A program made the position numbers and the translations under genes. A DNA stretch of 64,000 nucleotides from Squalus acanthias. Its lineage: Eukaryota. This document shows, piece by piece, positions 38,821-51,654 of this stretch. The notes beneath the pieces are model-generated. The model ran no database searches. It worked only from the letters and a program-made list of their open reading frames with translations, and was not told where the DNA came from. The stretch lies in contig CM059432.1 of assembly GCA_030390025.1 (NCBI GenBank), forward strand, positions 85,996,001 through 86,060,000, in the 5' to 3' direction. Each line of letters begins with the position of its first letter. Within the stretch, counting starts at the first letter, position 1.

Positions 38821-38982
38821 ATACTATTCGCTTCAACCACTCCCTGTGGTAGCGAGTTCCACATTCTCGCCACTCTTTGGGTAAAGAAGTTTCTTCTGAA
38901 TTCCCTATTGGATTTCTTGGTGACTATCTTATACTGTTGGCCTCTAGTTATGCTCTTCCCCACAAGTGGAAATATTCTCTCT

Positions 38983-39863
38983 GGCCGCGATTTTGCCAGC
39001 GCTCAAAGGGCGGGTTTGGAGGCGGGTCAGAGGTTAAATTCGATTTGATTGACGGCGGGTTCCAAATCTGCCGTCAACCCGCCTCCAAACAGCTTTCCCA
39101 AGTGTCGGGTCCCCGATTTGCGAATGGACCCGACACCTAGTGGCGGGAAGCGGATTAAAGGCAATTACCTGCCTATTAACAGGTACTTGTCAGAAGTTTT
39201 CAGCCTGTTTTTGGATTTTCCCGCTTCTGGGTTGGCTTTCCCGACGTCCGGACACCACACCAGGTAAGTGTGGCGTGTTGTGAGTCTGCTGTAATGTTTG
39301 TGGAATGATGACAGCTGCAGAAGTGGTGTGAAGGATCCAATGTTGCACATGGTGAGTTTCAGAGCAAAGAAAATGTTGGTTACTGCATTTTTAAAACATT
39401 TACAGATTCTTTAGCTTACAAGTTTTTAAATCCAACTATATGTCCAGTGCCACTTCATTGGGAGAATCTCTCTCACCAGTGACAGATCGCTTCTGTCACC
39501 TCACCTGCAGCTGCAATCTATTCCAGCATATGGAGGGAGTCATTGGAGAGCCTGTGTGCAAGAGGTCACCTTTGTGCAGTGATTGTCAGTGTTTTCAGCA
39601 CCTCAATGCTGTCAAACATTGAGAAATCAACTGTCAAAATAAAATTGTGCGTGGTCCCTTTAAGGAAACTGACAGATGACGCATCATCAAATGACGTCAT
39701 CCGACCGCTTCCTGTTAATTGGCCGGCAAGCCCGCAGGGCGGGCTTAACAAGGTCAGTCAAGGTAAAATCACGTCTGTGGAGCGGAGGTAGCTGGGGGCG
39801 GGACTGGAAGCTGGAAACCAGCTATCCCGCACCCATCCCAACACCGATGACAAAATCGTGGCC
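38983..39863. mobile_element. Non-autonomous Harbinger element related to 20673-22388
   Basis: TIRs ggccgcgattttgcca / tgacaaaatcgtggcc; flanks tct/ttt; shares the catatggagggagtca..gcgggcttaacaag segment. Confidence 0.8.
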
Positions 39864-41867
39864 TTTATCCACTCTATGAATACCTTTCATAATTTTAAAG
39901 ACCTCTATCAGGTCACCCCTCAGCCTTTTTTCAAGAGAAAAGAGACCCAGCCTGTTCATCCTTTCCTGATATGTATACCCTCTCATTTCTGGTATCATCC
40001 TTGTAAATCTTCTCTGCACCCTCTGCTCTAAGGAGAACAATATCAACTTCTCTAGTCCCTCCACATAACTGAATTCCCTTATTCCTAGTATCATTCTTGT
40101 AAATCTCCTCTGCAGCCTCTCCAAGGCCTTGACATCCTTGACTATAGCAGACTACTTTTCAACTGTCTCTGGATTACTCCCAGTGCAGCACACTGGAGCA
40201 GACGGAGAGAAAGATTAGCATTGTCAGGGCTGGAGGGATGATGAGAATGGAGGGTTTCAGATTCCTGGGATACTGGGAACACTTTTGGGCCAGAGAAAGC
40301 TATACAGACGAGATGGCCTTCAATTAAACCGGAGAGGCACCCATGTCCTTGCGGAAAGGGTAAATAGGGCAGTGGGGAAACATTTAAGCTAAAACCTTCA
40401 ATAGTGAATGGTATCCTTATCTAATTGTCAGAAATTCCTCATGGCCCAGTATGTGCCTCCGCAACTCTGGTCCAAGAAATAATGGTCAACGCCACAGGAT
40501 AAATTTTGCAAGGCTCCACTCATAGTACATACCTTGCTAGTGAGGAACATGGGCCATATAACCAGGCGGGCAGGTCACTGCACCCACTTAAAGTGGCTGC
40601 ATATGGAGGCAAATATTGTTTCAAGGCTCAAATAAATTTTAAATGTTTGTCTATCTTTGCAAAAGCCATTGGGGGACTGTGATGGTGGAGCCCAGCACGT
40701 GAGTGCAAAAGACAAGGCTGAAGCGTTCCCCTTAAAGGGGCCGCGCGCACAAAAAAAATTAAAGGGAACATTGCTTCCATCACTTTGCTGATGATTGAGA
40801 GTAGGCTGATGGGGTGGTAATTGGCTGGATTGGATTTTTCCTGCTTTTTGTGGACAGGACATACCTGGGTTATTTTCAACTTTGTCGGTTAGATGCCAGT
40901 GTTGTAACTATACCAGAACAACTTAGCTAGAAGCACGGCTAGTTCTGAAGCACAAGTTTTCAGCACAATAGCCAGGATGTTGTCGGGGCCCATAGCCTTT
41001 GCTGTATCCAGTGCGCTCAGCCATTTCTTGATATCACGTGGAGTGAATCGAATTGGCTGAAGACTGGCTTCTGTGATGGTGGGGACCTCAGGCGGAGGAC
41101 GAGATGGATCATCCACTCGGCACGTCTGGCTGAAGATGGTTGCAAACGCTTCAACCTTGTCTTTTGCACTCACGTGCTGGGCTCTATCATTGAGAATGGG
41201 GATGTTCATGGAGCCGCCTCCTCCCGTTAGTTTAATTGTCCACCACCGTTTACGACTGGATGTGGCAGGACTGCAGAGCTTTGATCTGATCTGTTGATTG
41301 TGGGATTGCTTAGCTATGTCTATAGCATGCTGCTTCCGCTGTTTAGCATGCATGTAATCCTGTGTTGTAGCTACACCAGGTTGGCACCTCATTTTTAGGT
41401 ACACCTGGTGCTGCTCCTGGCATGCTCTTCTGAACTCCTCATTGAACCAGGGTTGGTTCCCTGGCTTGATGGCAATGGTAGAGCGAGGGATATGCCGGGC
41501 AATGAGGTTACAGATTGTGGTAGTACACAATTCTGCTGCTGCTGATGGCCCACAGCGCCTCATGGATGCCCAGTTTTGAGCTGCTAGATCTGTTCAGAAT
41601 CTATCCCATTTAGCACGGTGATAGTGCCACACAACACGATGGAAGGTGTCCTCAGTGTGAAGACGGGACTTCGTCTCCACGAGGACTGTGCGGTGATCTC
41701 GCCTACCAATACTGTCATGGACAGATGCATCTGCGACAGGTGAGGACAAGGTCAAGTCAGTTTTTCCCTCGTGTTGGTTCTCTCACCACCTGCCGCAGAC
41801 CCAGTTTGGCAGCTATGTCCTTCATGACTCTGCCACCTTGGTCAGTAGTGGTACTACGGAGCCATTC

Positions 41868-42395
41868 ATAGAATCATAGAATAGTACAGCACAGAAGGAG
41901 ACCATTCGGCCCATTGAGTCTGCACCGGTTCTTTCAAAGAGCAATCCAGTTAGTCCCACTCCTCTGCTCTACCCCATTTCCCTGCAATTTTTTCTCCTTC
42001 TGGTATTTATCCAATTTCCTTTTGAAGGCTACTATTAAATCTGTAGCCACTGCCCTATCAGGCAGTACATTCCAAATCCTAACCCCTCGTTGCCGAAAAA
42101 AGTTTTTCCTCATGCCGCCTCTGGTTCTTTTGCCAATTACCTTAAATCTGTGCCCTCTCGTTATCGACCCTTCAGCCATTGGAAACAGTTTCTCATTATT
42201 TACTCTATCTAAATCATTCATAATTTTAAACACCTCTATCAAACATCCAAGGAGAACAACCCCATCTTCTCTAGTCTATCCACGTAACTGTATTCTCTCA
42301 TCCCTAGAACCATTCTAGTAAATCCCTTCTGTACCCTCTCCCAAGCCTTCACGTCCTTCCGAAAGTGTGGTACTCAGAATTGGACACAATACTCA
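41868..42395 (-). mobile_element. CR1 3' fragment
   Basis: ORF 41934-42242 IEVFKIM..RGHRFKVIG; ttctatgattctatg tail. Confidence 0.85.
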
Positions 42396-42604
42396 CAATA
42401 CACTCTTGGTGTGATGGACATTGAAGTCCCCCACCCAGAGTACATTCTGTGCCCTTGCTACCCTCAGTGCTTCTTCCAAGTGGTGTTCAACATGGAGCAG
42501 TACTGATTCATCAGCTGAGGGAGGGCGGTAGGTGGTAATCAGCAGGAGGTTTCCTTGTCCTTGTTTGACTTGATGCCATGAGACTTCATGGGGTCCTGAG
42601 TTAT

Positions 42605-43440
42605 GAGAGCCAGCGGACCTGGGCAGAAACGGAGCGGCAGCGAGAGCAGAATACAAAGCGCGGCGAGAGGAGGTGTGAGAGCAGAGCCAGCGGACCTGGG
42701 CAGAAACGGAGCGGCAGCGAGAGCAGAATACAAAGCGCGGCGAGAGGAGGTGTGAGAGCAGAGCCAGCGGACCTGGGTGGAACCGGAGCGGCAGCGAGAG
42801 CAGAATACAAAGCGCGGCGAGAGGAGGTGTGAGAGCAGAGCCAGCGGACCTGGGCAGAAACGGAGCGGCAGCGAGAGCAGAATACAAAGCGCGGCGAGAG
42901 GAGGTGTGAGAGCAGAGCCAGCGGACCTGGGTGGAACCGGAGCGGCAGTGAGAGCAGAATACAAAGCGCAGCGAGAGGAGGTGTGAGAGCAGAGCCAGCG
43001 GACCTGGGCAGAAACGGAGCGAGAGCAGAATACAAAGCGCGGCGAGAGGAGGTGTGAGAGCAGAGCCAGCGGACCTGGGCAGAAACGGAGCGAGAGCAGA
43101 ATACAAAGCGCGGCGAGAGGAGGTGTGAGAGCAGAGCCAGCGGACCTGGGCAGAAACGAAGCGGCAGCGAGAGCAGAATACAAAGCGCGGCGAGAGGAAG
43201 TGTGAGAGCAGAGCCAGCGGGCCTGGGTGGAACGGGAGCGGCAGCGAGAGCAGAATACAAAGCGCGGCGAGAGGAGGTGTGAGAGCAGAGCCAGCGGACC
43301 TGGGCAGAAATGGAGCGGCAGCGAGAGCAGAATACAAAGCGCGGCGAGAGGAGGTGTGAGAGCAGAGCCAGCGGACCTGGGTGGAACCGGAGCGGCAGCG
43401 GGAGCAGAATACAGAGGAGGTGTGAGAGCAGAGCCAGCGG
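42605..43440 (+). repeat. 77-bp GC-rich tandem array, 11 units plus a partial
   Basis: gccagcgg anchor at 42609, 42686, 42763, 42840, 42917, 42994, 43065, 43136, 43213, 43290, 43367, 43433. Confidence 0.97.
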
Positions 43441-44776
43441 GGGAGGAGCAGTGAGGCTCCAATTCAATAACAAAAAAAAATCAAAGCGTGACGTCACAGG
43501 TAAGCAGGTAAGTGATTGGTGGTGAGTATTTCTTTTCTCTTAGGACTGAGGGCTAAGTTACAGTAAAGATCTATAGCATATAACTAAATTTATAACTAGC
43601 TAAACTTAATTTAATAAATTTAATAAATTAAACAAGGTTATTACCTAGTTTACCTAGATTAAAAACTATAAATAGACAATTGATTGATATTTATGTAATT
43701 AATTAAATAAAATACAATAGAGATGGTAGGGCAGGTGATGTGTTGCAGCTGTAGCATGTGGTAGCTGGTGGACACCAGTGTGATCCAGGGCGACCACATC
43801 TGCAGTAAGTGTCTGCAGCTCGAGCAACTTTGGCTCAGAGTTGATGAGCTGGAGTCCGAGCTTCAGACATTGCGATACATCAGGGAGGGAGAAAGTTACC
43901 TGGACACTTTGTTCCAGGAGGCAGTCACACCCCTTAGGTTAAATACTTCAGATTTGGCCCGTGGTCAGGGACAGGAGTATGTGACTGCGAGTGAGACAGA
44001 TGGGGATCCAGGAGGTAGCATTGGAGGAGCCTCAGCCCTTGCACTTATCCAACAGCAACCTGTGTGGACGAGAGCAGGGGGACTGCAGGAAGGATGAGCA
44101 AACTGACCACGGCACCGTAGTACAGGGGGCCATTCAAGAGGGGGGTGTAAAAAGCAATGTCGTAGTGGTAGGAGACAGTATAGTTAGGGGATAGATACTG
44201 TTCTCTGCAGCCGAGAGCGGGAGTACTGAAGGCTGTGTTGCCTGCCCGGTTCCAGGGTTAAGGACATCTCCTCGGGGCTGGAGAGGAACTTGGAGTGGGA
44301 GGGGGAGGATCCAGTTGTCGTGGTCCAACGACATGGGTAAGACTAAGAACGAGGTTCTGCTGAGGGAGTATGAGCAGCTAGGGTCTAAATTAAAAAGCAG
44401 AACCACAAAGGTAATCATCTCTGGATTACTGCCTGAGCCATGAGCAAATTGGCATAGGGTCAATAAGATCAGAGAGTTGAATGTGTGGGAGAAATGGGTT
44501 TCAATTCATGGGGCACTGGCACCAGTACTGGGGAAAGAGGGAGCTGTTCCGTTGGGACGGCCTTCACTTGAACCATGCTGGGACCAGTGTCCTGGCGAAT
44601 TGAATAACTAGGGCTTTAAACTAAATAGTGGGGGGGAGGGTTCAAGCGAGGGGAAATTTGGAAAGTTAAAGAGAAAGGACAGGGCAATAGTGCAGGGTAG
44701 CGATATGGGCAATGAAAACCAGTGTGTGACAGGAGGGGACAGAGCGTACAAACATAAGAGTGCACCAGCAAATAAG

Positions 44777-45517
44777 GGCCCAAAAATTCGTGAGGAAGCC
44801 TTCGTGCGAGGGTAAGGCCTCCCCGCGATCTCTCACTCCGCGTTGGCTTTTTCAGTTCCAGCTCGCACGAACTTGATGTTCTGGACAGCTGCTGTGCTGG
44901 GCTTGCGTATCCCACCGGCGTAGTTAATTCGTGTGAGCTGTGGGATCACGTGACTCAGTTAGAGCCAATGGCAGCACACCATCTTCCATTCATAACTTTC
45001 ACATAAGTGCTGTGAAAGTTATGAATACTATAGCCCCCCAAAAGAACCGCTAAACCTCAATTAAATTTAAAAAAAAAACCATCACATTAATAAAATAAGT
45101 ATAGTTAAATAAATTAACCATTTTAAATAAAAAATTAAATTTTTGAAAAAATTAAAAATCTTTTAAAAAGTTATAAAAATAAACTTACCTGTCTTTAAAG
45201 TCTCTAAAAAAGATATACCTGTTAAAAAAATTTCAAAATAATACTTAATTCACTACTTACCTTGTTAAAAGTGGGTCTTACTCCTTTTTTTATGTGTAGA
45301 ATCTTCCGTACTTACCTGCGCGTTGAAACCACTAAGTGCACAGCGTGCGCGCAGCCTGTAGCGCGCACGCGGTTCACCTAGGACCCGCCCCCTTTTCCAT
45401 TCACCAAGTGCCGGTTTTCAGCGCATGCGCAGTGCTTGCAGAAAACCGGCAATTGGAGACAGAATATGCGAGAGTACGCAGTGCGTACTCTCGCGTAGCG
45501 GGACTAATTTTTGGGCC
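44777..45517. mobile_element. Harbinger-like MITE inserted between CR1 ORF1 and ORF2
   Basis: TIRs ggcccaaaaatt / aatttttgggcc; TSD AAG; near-copy of 18053-18811. Confidence 0.9.
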
Positions 45518-45860
45518 AAGGTCAGAGTAGGGAAAAATGATAACAAGACAAAATTAAAGGCTCTTTATCTGAATGCATGCAGCATTCGTAACAAGATAGA
45601 TGAATTGATGGCACAAATAGAAATAAATGGGTATGATCTCATAGCCATCACAGAGACGTGGTTGCAATGTGACCAAGGTTGGGAACTGAATATTCAGGGG
45701 TTTTTGACATTTCGGAAGGATAGACAGAAAGGAAAAGGAGGTGGGGTAGCTCTGTTAATAAAGGATGAGATCAGTACAATAGTGAGAAATTATCTTGGCT
45801 CGGAAGTTCCAGATGTAGAATAAATTTGGGTGGAGGTAAGAAATAGTATGGGAAAGAAGG

Positions 45861-47182
45861 TAAGGTGTAATCGACAGTGCTATCAAGCGGCACTTACTCA
45901 CCAATAACCTGCTCACTGATGCCCTGTTTAGGTTCTGCCAAGACCACTCTGCTCCCGACCTCATTACAGCCTTAGTCCAAACATGGACAAAGGAGCTGAA
46001 TTCCAGAGGTGAGGTGAGAGTGACTGCCCTTGACATCAAGGCAGCATTTGACCGAGTGTGGCATGAAGGAGCCCTAGTAAAAGTGAAGTCAATGGGAATC
46101 GGGGGGAAAACTCTCCACTGGCTGGAGTCATACCTAGCACAAAGGAAGATGGTTGTGGTGATTGAAGGTCAATCATCACAGCCCCAGGACATGGCTGCAG
46201 GAGTTCCTCAGGGCAGTGTCCCAGGCCCAACCATCTTCAGCTGCTTCATCATTGATCTTCCCTCCAACATAAGGTCAGAAATGGGATGTTCGCTGATGAC
46301 TGCACAGTGTTCAGTGCCATTCACAACTCCTCAGATAATGAAACAGTCCATGCCCATATGCAACAAGACCTGGACGACGTTCAGGCTTGGGCCGATAAGT
46401 GGCAGGTAACATTCGTGCCACAGAAGTGTCAGGCAATGACTATCTCCAACAAGCGAGAGTCTAACCACCGCCCCTTGACATTCAGTGGCATTACCATCGC
46501 CGAATCCCCCACCATTAACATCCTGGGGGTCACCGTTGACCAGAAACTTAACTGGACCAGCCACATAAATACTGTGGCAACAAGAGCAGGTCAGAGGCTA
46601 GGTATTCTGTGGCGAGTGTCTCACCTCCTGACTCCCCATAGCCTTTCCACCATCTACAAGGCACAAGTCAGGAGTGTGATGGAATACTCTCCACTTGCCT
46701 GGATGAGTGCAGCTCCAACAACACTCAAGAAGCTCGACACCATCCAAGACAAAGCAGCCTGCTTGATAGGCACCCCATCCACCACCTTTAAACATTCACT
46801 CCCTCCACCGTGGCTGCAGTGTGTACCATCTACAAGATGCACTGCAGCAACTCGCCAAGGCTTCTTCGGCAGCACCTCCTAAACCCGCAACCTCTACCAC
46901 CTAGAAGGACAAAGGCAGCAGGCGCATGGGAACACCACCACCTCCAAGTTCCCCTCCAAATCACACACCATCCTGATTTAGAAGTATATCGCCGATCCTT
47001 CATCGTCGCTGGGTCAAATTCCTGGAACTCTCTACCTAACAGCACTGTGGGAGTACCTTCACCACACGGACTGCAGCGGTTCAAGAAGGCGGCTCACCAC
47101 CACCTTCTCAAGGACAATTAGGGATGGGCAATAAATGCTGGCCTTGCCAGCGACGCCCAGATCCCACAAATGAATTTTTTAA
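45861..47182 (+). mobile_element. Family B LINE 3' part inserted in the CR1 endonuclease region
   Basis: ALDIKAAFDRVWH, VPQGSV, MFADDCT; family B 3' tail; CR1 resumes LVGVVYRPPNS. Confidence 0.88.
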
Positions 47183-48142
47183 AAAGGCACTGGTGGGAGT
47201 AGTCTATAGGCCCCCTAACAGTAGCTACACTATAGGACAGAGTATAAATCAAGAAATAATGGGGGCTTGTAAGAAAGGTACTACAATAATCGTGGGCGAT
47301 TTTAATCTTCATATAGATTGGACAAATCAAATTGGCAAAAGCTGCCTTGAGGACGAGTTCATAGAGTGTATTCGGGACAGTTTCTTGGAACAATACGTCG
47401 TGCAACCGACCAGGGAACAGCCTATTTTAGATCTGGTAATGTGTAATGAAACAGCATTAATTAATGATCTCATAGTAAAGGATCCTCTAGGGAAGAGTGA
47501 TCATACCATAATAGAATTCCACATCAGTTTGAAAGTGAGAAGCTTGGGTCTGAAACTAGAGTATTAAATTTAAATAAAGGCAACTACAAAGGTATGAGGA
47601 GAGAGAGTTGGCTAAAGTGGACTGGGAAAATAGATTAGAAGGTAAGATGGTAGAAAAGCAGTGGCAGACATTTAAAGAGTTATTTCATGACTCTCAACAA
47701 AGATATATTTCAGTGAAAAATAAAAACTTGAAGAGAAGGATGAACCAACCATGGCTAACCAAGGAAGTTAAGGATGGTATCAAATTGAAAGAAAAGGCAT
47801 ACAATGTTGCAAAGATTAATGGTAGGCCAGAAGATTGGGAAAATTTTAGAAACCAGCAAAGGATGACTAAAAAAGTAATAGAGGGAGAAAATAGCTAATG
47901 AGAGTAATCTAGCAAGAAATATAAAAACTGACAGTAAGAGCTTCTACAAGTATATAAAAAGGAAGAGAGTAGCTAAAATAAACGTTGGTCCCTTAGAGGA
48001 CGAGACTGGGGAAATAATAATGGGAAACAAGGAAATGGCCGATGCATTGAACAAATATTTTGTATCTGTCTTAACAGTAGAGGACACTAAAAACATCCCA
48101 GTAATAGTAGAAAATCAAGGGGCAAAAGGGAAGGAGGAACTT

Positions 48143-48645
48143 TTTTTTTATTCGTTTATGGGATGTGGGCATCACTGGCAAGGCCAGCATTTATTGCCCA
48201 TCCCTAATTGCCCTTGAGAAGGTGGTGGTGAGCCGCTTTCTTGAACCGCTGCAGTCCGTGTGGTGAAGGTACTCCCACAGTGCTGTTAGGGAGGGAGTTC
48301 CAGGATTTTGACCCAGCGACGATGAAGGATCGACGGTATACTTCTAAGTCTGGATGGTGTGTGACTTGGAGAGGAACTTGGAGGTGGTGGTGTTCCCATG
48401 CGCCTGCTGCCCTTGTCCTTCTAGGTGGAAGAGGTCGCGGGTTTGGAAGGTGCTGCCGAAGAAGTCTTGGCGAGTTGCTGCAGTGCATCTTGCAGATGAT
48501 ACACACTGCAACCACGGTACGCCAGTGGTGGAGGGAGTGAATGTTTAAGGTGGTAGATGGGGTCCCAATCAAGCGGGCTGCTTTGTCCTGGATGGTGTCG
48601 AGCTTCTTGAGTGTTGTTGGAGCTGCACTCATCCAGGCAAGTGGA
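48143..48645 (-). mobile_element. Family B LINE 3' fragment inserted in CR1 ORF2
   Basis: SPLAWMSAAPTTLKKLDTIQDKAARLI..HHHLLKGN; TSD-like gaactt on both sides. Confidence 0.88.
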
Positions 48646-50499
48646 GAACTTAAAACAATCACTATCACTAGAGAAAAAGTGCTAGGCAAACTTATGGGTC
48701 TAAAGTCTGACAAGTCCCCTGGACCTGATGGCCTGTATCCTAGGGTCTTAAAAGAAGTGGCTACAGTGATAGTGGATGCATTGGTTGTAATCTTCCAAAA
48801 TTTCCTTGACTCTGGAAAATTCCCTGCGGATTGGAAAACCGCAAATGTAATGCCCTTATTCAAAAAAGGAGGGATACAGAAAGCAAGAAACTATAGGCCA
48901 GTTAACCTAACATCTGTCATTGGCAAAATGCTCGAATCAATTATTAAGGCAGTAGTAGCAGGGCATTTAGAAAATCATAATACTATCAAACAGAGTCAAC
49001 ATGGTTTTATGAAAGGGAAATTGTGTTTGACAAATCTATTAGAGTTCTTTGAGGAGGTAACGAGCAGGGTGGATAAAGGGGAACCAATAGATGTAGTGTA
49101 TTTGGATTTCCAAAAGGCATTCGACAAGGTGACACATAAAAGGTTACTGCATAAGATAAGAGCTCATGGTGTTGGGGGTAATATATTAGATTGGATAGAG
49201 GATTGGCTAACTAACAGAAAACAGAGAGTCGGGATAAATGGGTCATTTTCAGGATGGCAATCTGTAACTAGTGAGGTGCCACAGGGATCAGTGCTGGGGC
49301 CTCAACTATTTTCAGTCTATATTAATGACTTGGATGAAGGAAGCAAGTGTATTGTAGCCATATTTGCGGATGATACAAAGATAGGTGGGAAAGCAAGTTG
49401 TGAGGAGGACATAGAGTCTGCAAAGGGATATAGATAGGTTAAGTGAGTGGGCAAGAATTTGGCAAATGGAGAATAATGTGGGGAAAATGTGAAGTTATCC
49501 ACTTTGGTAGGAAGAATAGAAAAGAAAAATATTATTTAACTGGAGAAAGACTACAGAATGCGGCGGTGCAGACGGATCTGGGGGTCCTCATACATGAAAC
49601 ACAAAAAGTTAACATGCAGGTACAGCAAGTAATTAGGAAGGCAAATGGAATGTTGGCCTTTATTTCGAGGGGATAGAGTATAAAAGTAGGGAAGTCTTGC
49701 TACAACTGTATAGGGCGCTGGTGAGACCACACCTAGAGTACTGCGTACAGTTTTGGTCCCCTTATTTAAGGAGGGATATACTTGCATTGGAGGCAGTTCA
49801 GAGAAGGTTCACTAGGTTGATTCCTGGGATGGAAGGGTTGTCTTAAGAGGAAAGGTTGAGCAGGTTGGGCCTATACTCTTTGGAGTTTAGAAGAATGAGA
49901 GGTGATCTTATTGAAACATATAAGATTCTGAGGGGTTAGACAGGGTAAATGCTGAGAGGATGTTTCCCCTCGTCAGGGAATCTACAACGAGGGGGCATAG
50001 TCTCAGAATAAGGGGTCGTCCATTTAAGACGGAGATGAGGAGGAATTTCTTCTCTGAGGGTCATGAATCTTTGGAATTCTTTACCCCAGAGAGCTATGGA
50101 AGCTGAGTCATTGAATATATTCAAGGCTGAGATAGACAGATTTTTGAGCAACAGGGGAGTCAAGGGTTATGGGGAGCAGGCAGGAAAGTGGAGTTGAGGC
50201 CAAAATCGGATCAGCCATGATCTCATTAAATGGCGGAGCAGGCTTGAGGGGCCAAATGGCCTGCTCCTGCTCCTATTTCTTATGTTCTCATGAGTCAATG
50301 TTGAGGACTCCCAGGGCCATTCCTTCCCGACTGAATACCACTGTGCCGCCACGTCTGGTGGGACAGGACGTACCCAGGCATAGTGATGGAGGAGTCTGGA
50401 ACGTTGGCTGAAAGGTATGATTCTGTGAGTATGATTATGTCAGGCTGTTGCTTGACTAGTCTGTGGGACAGCTCTCCCAATTTTGGCACAATTCCCCAG

Positions 50500-50654
50500 C
50501 AATGTTCCTGCTAAGCTGCGCAACCGCGCAGCTGTCTGGAGGTCCCGCACAGCCCGGGACCGGCTTTTCAAATGCGAGATGCGCAAAATTTTGAATGGGC
50601 TGCGCAGCCCCTTAAAGGGACCACGCACCCAAAAGAAAATTAGGGGGAACATTT
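50500..50654. mobile_element. About 155-bp hAT-type MITE
   Basis: TIRs caatgttcc / ggaacattt; TSD ttccccag / gtccccag; related to 31588-31736 and to a partial copy at about 40725-40773. Confidence 0.75.
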
Positions 50655-51654
50655 GTCCCCAGATGATAGCGAGGAGGACTTTTCAGGGTTGACTGGGCTG
50701 CGTGTCTGCCATGTCAGAATCCGGTGCCTAGGTCGATGCCGGGTGGTCCGTCCGGTTTTATTCTTATTGTTTTCCTCGCGGTTTGATACAACTGAGTGGC
50801 TTGCTAGGCCATTTCAGAGGGCCGTTAAGAGTCAACCACTGCTCTTCCTCTTCCTAAAAAGAGGCAACATTGGAATTCTCAAAAGGAAATCTCATCCTAG
50901 GAAGGCTAAAGCTGCACTAGGAGCCTATGCCTTTTACTCAAATGAACCAACTGTGGAAAGTTGCAGGCAGTCAGCTCAGTTCACTTTTGGCTGACTTTGC
51001 ACTGGAAGCCAGTCATTTCTAACTCCATTTTACCAAGATCTTAAAATCAGCCCTCGTATTTGAAACTCTGCTAGAGTTACGTGCAATTACAACTGACAGT
51101 GATATTGGGCCACAGGCAATAGAAAGAATATATAAACCTTCGCTACAGCTAATTCACTGCTTTTTGGATTGATATATAATGTCGAGGTGCAATTGCAGTA
51201 GCTCTTGTGAGGCAGGCATAAATTTGGAGGCCTGCCTTCAGCACTAACAATTCCTATAATGCCACTCCAGTCATAATCTTATAAAAGACTTACAACTCAG
51301 CCTGTCAAATGTTGATGGTGATCAAACCTCATCCCACCACAATGTGGGACTGTGCAATGCTGCTGTAACATGCTGCATAAACTGGGAACTAACTTTTTAA
51401 ATATAGCAACCATGTTTATGGGGTTTGATTGACTGTCGTTTAGGCAAAATGTCCTATAGATCATGCACTAATTTCATAACAGCTTTCATTTTTGAAAGCT
51501 AGAATCAGCCAGATTGCATGAAACTTTACAGTACCTATCATGAGTCCACCACTCTTTACAGCCCAGTACACTTTCTGCAAGTCTTCCTGTGCTCCCAGCA
51601 AAAGACTGGCGGCATAGATAGAAAAAGAGAACATCAAGCACAGTCGAGTCACAA

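Larger units (their letters stand above)
37780..40140 (-). mobile_element. Nested CR1 3' fragments on the minus strand, hosting a + strand CR1 and a Harbinger element
   Basis: ORFs 37871-38074 and 39822-40124 are CR1 C-terminal pieces; the sequence rejoins across the inserts. Confidence 0.75.
42602..50290 (+). mobile_element. Full-length but inactivated CR1 LINE with three nested insertions
   Basis: TSD tgagt (42597-42601, 50291-50295); 5' tandem array; ORF1 from 43723 (CxxC, HICSKC, leucine zipper, VVVGDSIVRG esterase); ORF2 endonuclease (LYLNAC, IAITETWL, VGDFN, SDH) and RT ending at about 50197; ttcttatgttct tail. Confidence 0.9.
40774..50830 (-). mobile_element. Family B LINE (endonuclease to start of RT) acting as host for several insertions
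   Basis: Minus-strand pieces 50291-50830 (PDIIILTESYL), 42396-42601 (TTYRPPS, VGDFNVH) and 40774-41865 (KAMGPDNI, NYHPISLLS) are collinear once inserts are removed. Confidence 0.8.

Noticed and set aside
42605..43440. CRISPR-like array
   Set aside because: No unique spacers, no cas genes, vertebrate context; it is a minisatellite
42393..43497. Three overlapping ~300-aa minus-strand ORFs
   Set aside because: By-product of the 77-bp tandem repeat lacking stops; the same peptide cycles through all three frames
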